DNA of 64,000 nt from a virus: the IMG/VR virus record IMGVR_UViG_2974715202_000001; one strand, given 5' to 3'. A program made the translations under genes and the position numbers. Below are positions 17,355-27,338 of the stretch, one piece after another. The notes under the pieces are model-generated. The model saw only the letters and a program-made list of their open reading frames with translations. It had not been told where the DNA came from and did not search any database. The stretch's first letter is position 1, and each line of letters starts with the position of its first letter.

Positions 17355-18869
17355 GTGATCAGTCAGAGCCGTTATATCCGGATCATTTCCGGCGTAGGCG
17401 CAGGCGCTCCGGTCGCAGGCCGAAAGCTGATTCTGCGCGTCATGACCACCAACAACGTCATTCCGCCTGGAATCGTCATCGAGTTCGACAATGCCAACGC
17501 GGTGCTGTCTTACTTCGGCGCCCAGTCTGAAGAATACCAGCGTGCTGCGGCCTACTTCAAGTTCATCAGCAAGAGCGTCAATTCCCCATCCAGCATCAGC
17601 TTCGCTCGCTGGGTCAACACCGCCATCGCGCCGATGGTAGTTGGTGACAACCTGCCGAAAACCATCGCCGACTTCGCCGGCTTTTCCGCAGGCGTTCTGA
17701 CCATCATGGTCGGCGCGGCTGAGCAGAACATCACAGCCATCGATACGTCCGCCGCGACTTCCATGGACAACGTGGCGTCGATCATTCAGACCGAAATCCG
17801 CAAGAACACCGATCCGCAGTTGGCCCAAGCCACCGTCACCTGGAACCCGAACACCAACCAGTTCACCTTGGTCGGCGCTACCATCGGCACCGGCGTTCTG
17901 GCCGTGGCGAAATCGGCCGATCCGCAGGACATGTCTACCGCCCTCGGCTGGTCCACCTCCAACGTCGTGAACGTCGCCGGCCAGGCGGCCGATCTTCCCG
18001 ACGCGGCTGTGGCCAAGAGCACCAATGTCAGCAACAACTTCGGCTCGTTCCTGTTCGCCGGGGCGACCCTCGACAACGATCAGATCAAGGCCGTGTCGAC
18101 CTGGAACGCGGCTCAGAATAACCAGTTCATCTATACGGTTGCGACCTCTCTGGCGAATCTCGGCGCTCTTTTCGACTTGGTGAAGGGTAACTCCGGAACC
18201 GCGTTGAACGTTCTGTCTGCTACTGCCTCCAACGACTTCGTTGAGCAGTGCCCCAGCGAAATCCTGGCCGCTACCAACTATGACGAGCCGGGTGCTTCGC
18301 AGAACTACATGTACTATCAGTTCCCTGGCCGCAACATAACCGTGTCCGACGATACCGTTGCGAACACCGTCGACAAGAGCCGTGGCAACTACATCGGCGT
18401 CACCCAGGCCAACGGCCAACAGCTCGCGTTCTACCAGCGCGGCATTCTGTGTGGCGGTCCGACCGATGCGGTGGACATGAACGTCTACGCCAACGAAATC
18501 TGGCTGAAGTCCGCCATCGCCCAGGCTCTTCTGGATCTTTTCCTGAATGTGAACGCCGTTCCGGCCAGCATGGTAGGCGAAGCGATGGCTCTGGCCGTCC
18601 TCCAGCCGGTTCTGGACAAGGCGACTTCCAACGGCACTTTCACCTATGGCAAGGACATCAGCGCCGTTCAACAGCAGTACATCACCCAAATCACCGGTGA
18701 TCGTCGCGCCTGGCGTCAAGTCCAAACCTTGGGTTATTGGATCAACATCACCTTCTCCAGCTATACCAACAGCAACACCGGCTTGACCGAGTGGAAGGCC
18801 AACTACACCCTGATCTATTCGAAGGGCGATGCAATCCGCTTCGTCGAAGGATCGGATGTAATGATCTAA
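17355..18869 (+). CDS. Contractile tail sheath protein (DUF3383-like)
   Basis: 504 aa, GTG start with RBS AGGAG; YFG..SEEY..A..YF motif. Confidence 0.85.
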   Translation: MISQSRYIRIISGVGAGAPVAGRKLILRVMTTNNVIPPGIVIEFDNANAVLSYFGAQSEEYQRAAAYFKFISKSVNSPSSISFARWVNTAIAPMVVGDNLPKTIADFAGFSAGVLTIMVGAAEQNITAIDTSAATSMDNVASIIQTEIRKNTDPQLAQATVTWNPNTNQFTLVGATIGTGVLAVAKSADPQDMSTALGWSTSNVVNVAGQAADLPDAAVAKSTNVSNNFGSFLFAGATLDNDQIKAVSTWNAAQNNQFIYTVATSLANLGALFDLVKGNSGTALNVLSATASNDFVEQCPSEILAATNYDEPGASQNYMYYQFPGRNITVSDDTVANTVDKSRGNYIGVTQANGQQLAFYQRGILCGGPTDAVDMNVYANEIWLKSAIAQALLDLFLNVNAVPASMVGEAMALAVLQPVLDKATSNGTFTYGKDISAVQQQYITQITGDRRAWRQVQTLGYWINITFSSYTNSNTGLTEWKANYTLIYSKGDAIRFVEGSDVMI

Positions 18870-18873
18870 CGGT

Positions 18874-18897
18874 TTGCGGCGGACTCGACCGCCGCAA
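18874..18897 (+). other. GC-rich hairpin between sheath and tube genes, no U-tract
   Basis: TTGCGGCGG-ACTCGA-CCGCCGCAA. Confidence 0.5.
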
Positions 18898-18926
18898 CCT
18901 TCCATGAATGGAGTGAGGAATAAGCA

Positions 18927-19379
18927 ATGATCAACATTTCTGCGTTCGGCTCGATTGCCCAATTCACGGCAAGCAGAACCTTCCCGAACGGATTCACCGT
19001 GACCGAGTTCGCTGATGATGCGGACCCCATCGACAGCCCGCCGTTCACTGCGGCCGATACCGGCGTCGGCCTGAATGGCGATATGGTGGTTTGGAACCGG
19101 GCCAACATCCTGGAAGTCGTCGTCAACGTCATCCCGAACACCGAGGGCGAGCGCAACTTGGCCGTCCTGCTGGATGCCAACCGCACCGGAAAAGACAAGT
19201 CGGGTGCTCGTGATGTCATCGGCCTGGTCGTGGCGATGCCGGACGGTAGCAAAATCACCTGTACCAACGGCACTCCAATCGACGGCGTTCTGATCAATGC
19301 GGTGGCGAGCGTCGGTCGCCTGAAGACAAAGCCGTATCGATTCCGTTTCGAGAAAGTGGTCAAAGCCGGTACTAGCTGA
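18927..19379 (+). CDS. Tail tube protein
   Basis: Follows the sheath gene; TEFADDADP and GLNGD motifs. Confidence 0.8.
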   Translation: MINISAFGSIAQFTASRTFPNGFTVTEFADDADPIDSPPFTAADTGVGLNGDMVVWNRANILEVVVNVIPNTEGERNLAVLLDANRTGKDKSGARDVIGLVVAMPDGSKITCTNGTPIDGVLINAVASVGRLKTKPYRFRFEKVVKAGTS

Positions 19380-19702
19380 TGAAGAAGATTCCGCTGACAG
19401 CAGTCCCGAATCAGGCGATCTCATTTAACGCCGGCAGCAGCTATTGGAAGATTCGTCTGTACCAGAATCTGGATATGATGAATGCCGATATCAGCCGCGA
19501 CGGCGTGATCGTTTGCCATGGGGTTCGCTGCTTCGGCGGAATTCCGCTTCTCCAGTATAGTCACCAGTACCGACCCGACTATGGCAATTTCGTTTTCGAC
19601 CGTGACGCCGATTGGACGTTGTTCGGCGACGGCATAAACCTGTTCTATCTGGACGGTGTCGAGTTCGCAGAATATCAGGCGCTGGCCACGAGGAAAGAAT
19701 GA
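19379..19702 (+). CDS. Baseplate protein, 107 aa
   Basis: IPL..VPNQ...F pattern typical of small myophage baseplate proteins. Confidence 0.65.
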   Translation: MKKIPLTAVPNQAISFNAGSSYWKIRLYQNLDMMNADISRDGVIVCHGVRCFGGIPLLQYSHQYRPDYGNFVFDRDADWTLFGDGINLFYLDGVEFAEYQALATRKE

Positions 19703-20049
19703 GCACATCAACGATCAGAACCGGGGCGAACAATGACATCCTTTTGGACGACAATGGAAACATGGTCATTCTCAGGGATGTAGAAGCGTGTGCCCAGGAC
19801 GTTCGGGCGGCGATGCTCATGCGCACCGGCGAAAACATTTTCGATGTGAACGCCGGCGTGGGATATTTCGAATACATCTTCTCGCCGCAGAAGAGTTATG
19901 ATGACGCTCGAAAATCCATCGCCGATGCGATTTTGTCATCGCCGGACGTGACCGGCATCGAGCAACTTGACATCGACATCACCGGTGAAGTCTTCGGCGT
20001 CGATGCGAAAGTCATCACCATCCACGGACCTGTAACTGCAGGAGTTTGA
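19699..20049 (+). CDS. Baseplate wedge / sheath initiator (gp25-like)
   Basis: ATGA overlap; D+.LD..GN, L....GE..FD...G motifs. Confidence 0.7.
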   Translation: MSTSTIRTGANNDILLDDNGNMVILRDVEACAQDVRAAMLMRTGENIFDVNAGVGYFEYIFSPQKSYDDARKSIADAILSSPDVTGIEQLDIDITGEVFGVDAKVITIHGPVTAGV

Positions 20050-20050
20050 A

Positions 20051-20479
20051 ATGAGTACCATTCGCATCCAATACGCCAACGGCACCCAACTGTTCTTGGA
20101 CGGCAAAAACCCGCCGCTCCTGGACCCGCTTCCTTCTTTCAACCCGTCGGTCGAAGACCTGGAAGGACTGGACCGCGAAAAGAACACTGGAAAGGGCGAC
20201 TCTTCGTCGGCCGGTATTCCCGTTCCCCCGGTAAACGTCGATCCGAATGTCGACAACGGGGCTTCCAACCCCGCTCCTGAATCGACCGGCACCCCTGCGG
20301 CCGGATCGACCCCGGAAAGCGCCCAGGAAGCCCCTGCAGCGGGCCAAGGCGACGAGAAAGGGGCCGAGACGCCCCCGACTACTGCCAAGGAAGAAAAGAC
20401 CGAGGCAGAGGCCTCTACGGCCGCTAAAGAGGCTTCCGCCACTACCAAGCCCACGGTTCGCAAAACCACCAGCAAGTAA
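20051..20479 (+). CDS. Low-complexity Pro/Ala/Glu/Thr protein in the tail module
   Basis: RBS GGAG; short folded N-terminus then a disordered tail. Confidence 0.6.
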   Translation: MSTIRIQYANGTQLFLDGKNPPLLDPLPSFNPSVEDLEGLDREKNTGKGDSSSAGIPVPPVNVDPNVDNGASNPAPESTGTPAAGSTPESAQEAPAAGQGDEKGAETPPTTAKEEKTEAEASTAAKEASATTKPTVRKTTSK

Positions 20480-20488
20480 GGACTCGAC

Positions 20489-20992
20489 ATGATCAACGTC
20501 AGCGGCTTCGGCACTGGAATTGTGATAGTTTCAACCTCGTCGTTCCCGATGGGGTTTTCCTTGTCGAAGTTCGCTGATGATGAGAGTCCGATATCCTCAA
20601 AAGAGCTTGAGCCGTTCGGGTATGAGATGCTTTATGATGGTGGTCTGTTTGCCTTCGATAAGGCGGCCCCTTTGGAAGTGTCCATATCCGTCATCGCAGG
20701 GAGCGAAGATGATATTAATCTTCGCATCCTTCTGAATTCTAAAAAGGGATCATTCCGATTCCTTCCAGGCGTCATTCCGGATATGACGACTCTTGTGGCC
20801 ACTCTTCCCGATGGCGGCCGCACTGTTCTCTCCAACGGAACCATCATTAAAGGTCCGGCCATAGACACCATCCAGAACACCGGACGGCGCAAAGGCAACA
20901 CGTATACTTTTGTTTTCGGCAACTATCTCGGCGCCCAGACTGCGCGCCAAGCTATTTCTAACGTTATTCAATCGGTTCTGGAGGTAATCTGA
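20489..20992 (+). CDS. Tail tube paralog (baseplate-proximal tube)
   Basis: N-terminus aligns with 18927..19379 (MINVSGFG..FP.GF....FADD). Confidence 0.75.
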   Translation: MINVSGFGTGIVIVSTSSFPMGFSLSKFADDESPISSKELEPFGYEMLYDGGLFAFDKAAPLEVSISVIAGSEDDINLRILLNSKKGSFRFLPGVIPDMTTLVATLPDGGRTVLSNGTIIKGPAIDTIQNTGRRKGNTYTFVFGNYLGAQTARQAISNVIQSVLEVI

Positions 20993-21531
20993 TGTTAGGG
21001 ATTTTCACCAGCCTCCTAAGCTCGCGGTCTTTTTCGATTGTCGATCAGAATACAAACCAGCTAGTTGCTGCGGATTTGAGGATAAGCCGGGTTAACACCC
21101 GGTTTTCTTCTGTAGGGCAGCGCCACATGCTGGAAGACGGTACGACAAAGATGGACTCCAGAACGGTCCACCCTATGGAGATCATCGTTGAGGTATTCTG
21201 CCCTTCAATTGATGTCGTCGATCAGATTAATCAACTGCTCCTGGATCGCGATACGCTGTACAAAGTCATCACTCGCGGCATGGTATTCGAACGAATGATG
21301 TGTACCAGCGAAGCGCTCAATCAGACTCCAGAAATGATATCGGCAACTCCTGCGCGACTGACATTTTCCCAGGTGCTCGTTCAGAATCCCAAACCCATCA
21401 TGTTCAGGAATGCTGGAGACTCTTCCATAATCGACCGAGGGTTGGCCCTGGCCGAAGACGTTGTGGGCTCGGCCAGTGATCTGTTCGACTACGCAGTGAA
21501 CGGCGTCCAGAACGCCGCAGACTTGTTCTGA
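20992..21531 (+). CDS. Baseplate/tube initiator-like protein
   Basis: Coupled ORF; position before the tape measure gene. Confidence 0.6.
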   Translation: MLGIFTSLLSSRSFSIVDQNTNQLVAADLRISRVNTRFSSVGQRHMLEDGTTKMDSRTVHPMEIIVEVFCPSIDVVDQINQLLLDRDTLYKVITRGMVFERMMCTSEALNQTPEMISATPARLTFSQVLVQNPKPIMFRNAGDSSIIDRGLALAEDVVGSASDLFDYAVNGVQNAADLF

Positions 21532-21539
21532 GGTGCCAA

Positions 21540-22133
21540 TTGAACTCTTTCCTCAAGGCCATTCTCAACACGCCTACTCTCACTATTCGTGATGATGTAA
21601 CCAAACTTCCCGTTTGGAAGAGTCTCCAAGTCAAGAAAGTGGAAATTTATTCACCGGCTTCCGTGGTGTCGAAGCCTTTGGCCACGAAAGACCAGACGGA
21701 AGCTCAGGTGTATACCGAAGCGCTGGACATTGATGTGAAGAACGGGAAGATCATTCAGCCAGTGCGGCTTCGCATCAACGCTATTTGCCCAGACCTGTCC
21801 ACGGTTGAAAGTATCATGAATGCTTTCAATGATAATACCTCGACTTTCGCCATCACTTCAAAGTCGATATTGGCTGATAAAATGGCCATCATGACTCTCG
21901 ATGTAGATCAATCTCCGGACATGCTAAATGCGGCTGAGATCAACATGGAGTTTGAACAGGTTGAGCCTCCAGTATTGAATGAATTTGATCCGGCTTTCTC
22001 TCAAGATCGCCCAACTTATGGCGTGCAGATTCAGTCCCTTTCCGATGCAAATTTGCTAGACTTGGGAGCCACCGGCGATTCGATATCTTCGGCCGCAAAA
22101 TCGCTATATAATCGCGTGACCAGTTATTTCTGA
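21540..22133 (+). CDS. Baseplate/tube initiator-like protein, probable paralog of 20992..21531
   Basis: TTG start with RBS GAGGTG; similar motif order (P.....G....D....QP..+.+..+CP). Confidence 0.6.
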   Translation: MNSFLKAILNTPTLTIRDDVTKLPVWKSLQVKKVEIYSPASVVSKPLATKDQTEAQVYTEALDIDVKNGKIIQPVRLRINAICPDLSTVESIMNAFNDNTSTFAITSKSILADKMAIMTLDVDQSPDMLNAAEINMEFEQVEPPVLNEFDPAFSQDRPTYGVQIQSLSDANLLDLGATGDSISSAAKSLYNRVTSYF

Positions 22134-22142
22134 GGATGTATC

Positions 22143-22571
22143 ATGCTTGAAATCAACCTTCCCGATGGCCGCCAAACTCGCGTACAAATCGAGGCGTGGT
22201 CGGCATTGGATGGCTGGGAACTCCAGCGCCGTTTCGTCGAGTTCGCAGTCAGCAAGGATGCCGACTTCCGCCGCGCTTTCACCATGGAAATCCTGAGCTA
22301 TGCCAAAGTCATCCTCGGTAACGATGACTCCGAAATTCCGTTGACTACTGCTGCGGTCATCAACAACCACCTCGGCAACTGGAAGAACGTTGAATTCGTC
22401 TTCGATTCCGTCCTCAAGCACAACGGCATCGATCCGACAACGCACGCCGACCGCCCGGACTATTGGGAACAAGCCGGTTCGCAGATGGCAATCGCATTTC
22501 TGGCCGAGGCGTCCAAGCTCATTGGGCCAGCTATGAAAATCGCCGAAGGACTCGCCAGCAAGCCGGAGTAA
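22143..22571 (+). CDS. Tail assembly chaperone
   Basis: Directly upstream of the tape measure gene; W/FSA.DG motif. Confidence 0.6.
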   Translation: MLEINLPDGRQTRVQIEAWSALDGWELQRRFVEFAVSKDADFRRAFTMEILSYAKVILGNDDSEIPLTTAAVINNHLGNWKNVEFVFDSVLKHNGIDPTTHADRPDYWEQAGSQMAIAFLAEASKLIGPAMKIAEGLASKPE

Positions 22572-22574
22572 TTC

Positions 22575-25157
22575 ATGTCTAGTGATTTGGATGAATTCAT
22601 ACTTCGGTATGAGGCCGACACGGCCAGAGCCGAACGAAACCTAGAACGTCTCCAGAATCAGATCAGGCGCGTAAATAGCGCATCGACTAGTGGCCTTCAA
22701 GATCTGCGCCACTTCGCAGACGGCGCTGCAACCGAACTCGGCCGCGTGGTTCCGCAGGTGGACGCCGTAACGAGCGCGATTCGCGGGATGAACGCCCAGC
22801 TCGCGATAGGCGCTACTGGCGTGGCCCTGGTCGCGGCCGGCGTCAAGGCGTTCATGGACACCAGGGACCAGTACAACCAGCAGCGCATCCAGGCGATGGA
22901 TATCGGTATCGCCCCGGCGCGACTGGAAGAGTACCAGCGGAAACTGGCCCGCCAGTCTGGAGGAACGATCAGCCGCGAGCAGGGCGCGGAAATGACCAAA
23001 AATCTGGCAGATACTTTCCGGCGAGCTTATCGCGATATCGGACGGGTCGGCCCAGAGGCGCGGATTCTGCGCATGGCCGGCGTAGATGTCGGAAGTTTCC
23101 AGAAAGGCATGAGGCCGCTCAACGACATCATCACTGAGCTGGCTACGAAGATGGCCAAGCTGAAACCGGACGAGATTTCGGCCTATGCTGATGCCCTCGG
23201 CGTCTCGCGAGACTATCTGAGCACCCTGGCGAAGATCGGCCCGGCAATGGGCAAAGTCACTGAAATGACGTCAGAAGAGCTTCAGGCTAGGGTCAGGGGC
23301 GAGTCAAACATCCAGAAGTTCAACGACGCTTTGGCAAACCTCAACCAAACGTTCACGACTCTGGAAAACCGTGTTGGCGAAAAGCTCGCGCCTGCATTCA
23401 CCAAGCTGATCGAAATCATCGACAAAATTGTCCAGGCCATTCCCAACGAAGTGGAAGAATTCGCCAAGGACACGAAAGCTCGCTGGGACGATGGAATCAC
23501 CGGAAAGGCTACGGTGGGCGGCGATATTCTGTCCCTTCTCAGCCCTGGTGCTCTGCTAGGTCGCCTGGCTTCCTGGGGTACTCGGCGCGGCATGGAAGAG
23601 GCCGGATTAATCGACAAGTCGAAGGTCCCAGGCTCCCAAGGTCAAACCAGCGAAGACCTGGCCAAGAAACAGGAAGACCAGGACAAAGCTACGAAGTCGA
23701 TGAAAGAGCTGGAGAAATTGGCCGACCAGACTACGAAGTCAACGAATGATTTTGCGGTGGCGATCAACATGTTCAGCGGAGCCGTATCATCGTTCGCCAA
23801 TGCCGTTGATGAGCGTCAAGCATGGGCGGCATGGGCGGGGGAAATCGGGCGCGCAGTTGGCATGGGAAGCACCGCGCCGACTTCGCGAGCCACAGGGGTT
23901 TATCCGCACGCGATCTACGACCAGTCGAAGAGTGGCGCGGCCGGTCAAGTATTCGGCGAGCCTATCGGCGCCCAGTCTCTGCGTAATCGCATGTTCTCGC
24001 AGCAGCGCAAGGCCGAGCCGATAAATGTTCCATCGTACATCAATGATATCATCAAAGATGCGTCTAAGATGTACAACATTCCTGAGCTGGACATCAAGAA
24101 GCTCATATACACAGAAAGCCGATTCAATGCCAGAGCGACCAGCGAAGCCGGAGCCAAAGGCCTCATGCAGCTGATGCCGGAAATCGCCAAGGCGTATGGA
24201 ATCACCGATGTGTATGACCCACGCCAGAACATCCTCGGTGGAACGCGCCTACTGCGGGAAAACCTGGATCGGGCCAAAGGCGACATGCGATTGGCACTGA
24301 CCTACTACCATGGCGGCCTCGACCCGAAGAACTGGGGACCAAGAACTCGCGCATATCCTGGTTTGGTGATGAGCGCACCAATTGAACTGATGGAGGAAGC
24401 GCAGCGCAAGCAGAAGGCTGCGGCCATGACTGTCGCCAACGAGACGTTCGCACCAGAAGGTGGCGACATGGACATTCGCCCCTATGACGGCGGAAGGCTG
24501 GAGTCTCCGGATCAAGGCAAGAAGGAAGATGAGCGCCGCGAAGCTCGTAGATATGACGACCGAGTGGTCCGGCCGGAGATTCGCATCATCGACCGCATGC
24601 CAGACCGCAGTGACGGCGAGATTCTCAAAATGTCTCAGCGCCAAGACGCTGACCGGGCGGACTCTGGATTCCGGAAATTCCCGAACCAGGTCCGTGGTGA
24701 GACCAAGCAGAACATCCAGACCCAACTCACTGCCGGAGCCATTGCCCAAGTCATCGGTGTTAATCCTAACCAAATTATGCGCCGCGAAATCAGCCGTTCT
24801 GACTTGCTGTTCGGATACAACCAGGCCATCTTGGGTAAACAGCAGGAAATCAAAGCGGCTGCGACAGAGGCCAACAATGTATTCCTTTCTCCAGCCAAAC
24901 TCGCCGAAGCTACTGCCAAGGTGAACGCAGCATCGCGAGAAATGGATATTCTCAGGACGTATGGGGAGAAGCTTCTGAAGAGTGCTCCGGAGCGCGGCCA
25001 GGAACTGACAATCGGTCGAATTGATATGCTGGTCAACGTCACCGGCGCGAATTCTCCAGAAGAGGCTCGCGAAATCTTCAGCAGGCAGACCGCAGAACAG
25101 CTGACTACCGCCATCCAGGACTCCCAAAACGATTCCGCAACTAAGATACTCTACTGA
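22575..25157 (+). CDS. Tape measure protein with lytic transglycosylase (SLT) domain
   Basis: 860 aa, helical and Ala-rich. SLT motifs ESRFN, GAKGLMQLMP, DPRQNI.GG and AL.YYHGG at about 24050-24317. Confidence 0.85.
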   Translation: MSSDLDEFILRYEADTARAERNLERLQNQIRRVNSASTSGLQDLRHFADGAATELGRVVPQVDAVTSAIRGMNAQLAIGATGVALVAAGVKAFMDTRDQYNQQRIQAMDIGIAPARLEEYQRKLARQSGGTISREQGAEMTKNLADTFRRAYRDIGRVGPEARILRMAGVDVGSFQKGMRPLNDIITELATKMAKLKPDEISAYADALGVSRDYLSTLAKIGPAMGKVTEMTSEELQARVRGESNIQKFNDALANLNQTFTTLENRVGEKLAPAFTKLIEIIDKIVQAIPNEVEEFAKDTKARWDDGITGKATVGGDILSLLSPGALLGRLASWGTRRGMEEAGLIDKSKVPGSQGQTSEDLAKKQEDQDKATKSMKELEKLADQTTKSTNDFAVAINMFSGAVSSFANAVDERQAWAAWAGEIGRAVGMGSTAPTSRATGVYPHAIYDQSKSGAAGQVFGEPIGAQSLRNRMFSQQRKAEPINVPSYINDIIKDASKMYNIPELDIKKLIYTESRFNARATSEAGAKGLMQLMPEIAKAYGITDVYDPRQNILGGTRLLRENLDRAKGDMRLALTYYHGGLDPKNWGPRTRAYPGLVMSAPIELMEEAQRKQKAAAMTVANETFAPEGGDMDIRPYDGGRLESPDQGKKEDERREARRYDDRVVRPEIRIIDRMPDRSDGEILKMSQRQDADRADSGFRKFPNQVRGETKQNIQTQLTAGAIAQVIGVNPNQIMRREISRSDLLFGYNQAILGKQQEIKAAATEANNVFLSPAKLAEATAKVNAASREMDILRTYGEKLLKSAPERGQELTIGRIDMLVNVTGANSPEEAREIFSRQTAEQLTTAIQDSQNDSATKILY

Positions 25158-26020
25158 TGAAAAAGAGAATTCTGCGAGTCACGTTCAATATGCCCTATGG
25201 ACCCGAAATCATCCGTGAAGACCTGGATGTTCGGGTTCGGATTATGAAGGCTGCATTGCGGATTCAAAACCGAGCTACCCTGGAAATCTTTGGCCTCACG
25301 ACGCAATTGCGCGAGTCTCTTCTGTCGCAGTTCACAGCGTGGAAGCACCGGCAGCGCCAAGTCGGAATGGAAGACGAGCTGATGATCAGAGTATCGGTTG
25401 AGGCCGGCTATTCCGATCAGGGCCGCGAACAAGTTTCCAGAGTATTTGTCGGCGAAGTGGCAATTGTCGATGTCATTTCGCCGCCACCGGATATTGGAAT
25501 TCGCATCCAGTGCTACACAAGGCAAATCGATAGGACGAAGACCATTCGAAATATGCCGCCAGCCAACACGACGTTTGTTAAGTTTGTCGAATGGGGCGCA
25601 AATGAGATGGGGTTGAACTTCATCTGCGATACCAGCTACAATGATCAAGTTTTGAAGAATCCGGGCCGGTCGATCACTGTCGCGTCGGCAATCCTGGCAT
25701 CGATTCAGGATATGTACATGCCGGATGTGGCCGCGTTCGTCGATGATGACATTCTGGTCGTGAAGGACCGGGATAAGGTCATTCGTCCTGATGAAGTTGC
25801 CAACATCAACTCATTCGTCGGCATCCCTTCATGGTCGGAATGGGGCGTGGAATTTCAGTGCCTGTTTGAACCGTCGATTCGCGTGGCTGGCGGTGTCGCG
25901 GTCGAATCTCTCATGAATCCAAGCGTCAACGGCAACTATGTGATCACCGCTCTAGAGTATGATTTGGCCAGCCGGGATCGGCCGTTCTATATCAAAGTCA
26001 TGGGGAGCCCAGCAGCGTAA
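25157..26020 (+). CDS. Baseplate hub protein
   Basis: Follows the tape measure gene; 287 aa beta-rich. Confidence 0.7.
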   Translation: MKKRILRVTFNMPYGPEIIREDLDVRVRIMKAALRIQNRATLEIFGLTTQLRESLLSQFTAWKHRQRQVGMEDELMIRVSVEAGYSDQGREQVSRVFVGEVAIVDVISPPPDIGIRIQCYTRQIDRTKTIRNMPPANTTFVKFVEWGANEMGLNFICDTSYNDQVLKNPGRSITVASAILASIQDMYMPDVAAFVDDDILVVKDRDKVIRPDEVANINSFVGIPSWSEWGVEFQCLFEPSIRVAGGVAVESLMNPSVNGNYVITALEYDLASRDRPFYIKVMGSPAA

Positions 26021-26553
26021 TGGCCAGGGAAATCAAATCATTCAATATGTTCGGCGTGCACTACAACTCGCGGCAATTCTCTGCGGTCGATGGACTCAGG
26101 ATGATGTCGGGAATCCATGATGTTCCTCCGGAAGAATTGCTCAAAGGGACCGACGTGTTGGCCCATACGGAGGAACAACCGGAAGGCGTTTGGCTTCCCT
26201 TGACCGCTGCGAACATAAATCTTTATGTAATTGACCGGGCGAACGTAATAGCTCCCGTACAAGTGCTTGCGCTTTTGTCTGAACTGGTCATAGATTGGAA
26301 CTTTGGCTTCCTCAAAGATTGGACAGGGGTCAAAATTCCATCAAGATTTGTAGAAGATATTAAAAGCGTGAAGACGGCCCATTCGCCTTCCGTGGTCGCA
26401 AGTTTGGTGGCGAATGGGTCAGCTTCTATGCGCGAGCTGGAAGAGTATTATTCGACTCAAGATGCCTTTAAGATGATTGACATCATGACTGCGAAGAGCG
26501 TGAATGAGGCTCTAGCGTCCGAAGCATCACAGAACAGAATCAAAAAGGGATAA
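26020..26553 (+). CDS. Tail chaperone-like protein
   Basis: QFSAVDG resembles the motif in 22143..22571; C-terminal ELEEYYSTQDAFKM typical of tail chaperones. Confidence 0.5.
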   Translation: MAREIKSFNMFGVHYNSRQFSAVDGLRMMSGIHDVPPEELLKGTDVLAHTEEQPEGVWLPLTAANINLYVIDRANVIAPVQVLALLSELVIDWNFGFLKDWTGVKIPSRFVEDIKSVKTAHSPSVVASLVANGSASMRELEEYYSTQDAFKMIDIMTAKSVNEALASEASQNRIKKG

Positions 26554-26584
26554 TTCCTAAGCGAGCCTGGGAAGGCTATACTAG

Positions 26585-27274
<690 letters not shown>

Positions 27275-27284
27275 GGAGAATTTC

Positions 27285-27338
27285 ATGGCTAGTTTTGATT
27301 TTTCTGATTTAACAGCGGGGGGGGGTTGTAATGGCTAA
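27285..27338 (+). CDS. 17-aa leader ORF (MASFDFSDLTAGGGCNG) containing a G9 tract
   Basis: Strong RBS AAGGAG before ATG 27285; overlaps the start of the baseplate J gene. Confidence 0.5.
   Translation: MASFDFSDLTAGGGCNG
27317..27325 (+). repeat. G9 homopolymer
   Basis: Counted directly in the sequence. Confidence 0.95.

Noticed and set aside
22500-22575. Programmed -1 frameshift in the tail chaperone gene
   Set aside because: No clear slippery heptamer near the stop and no space before the tape measure start.
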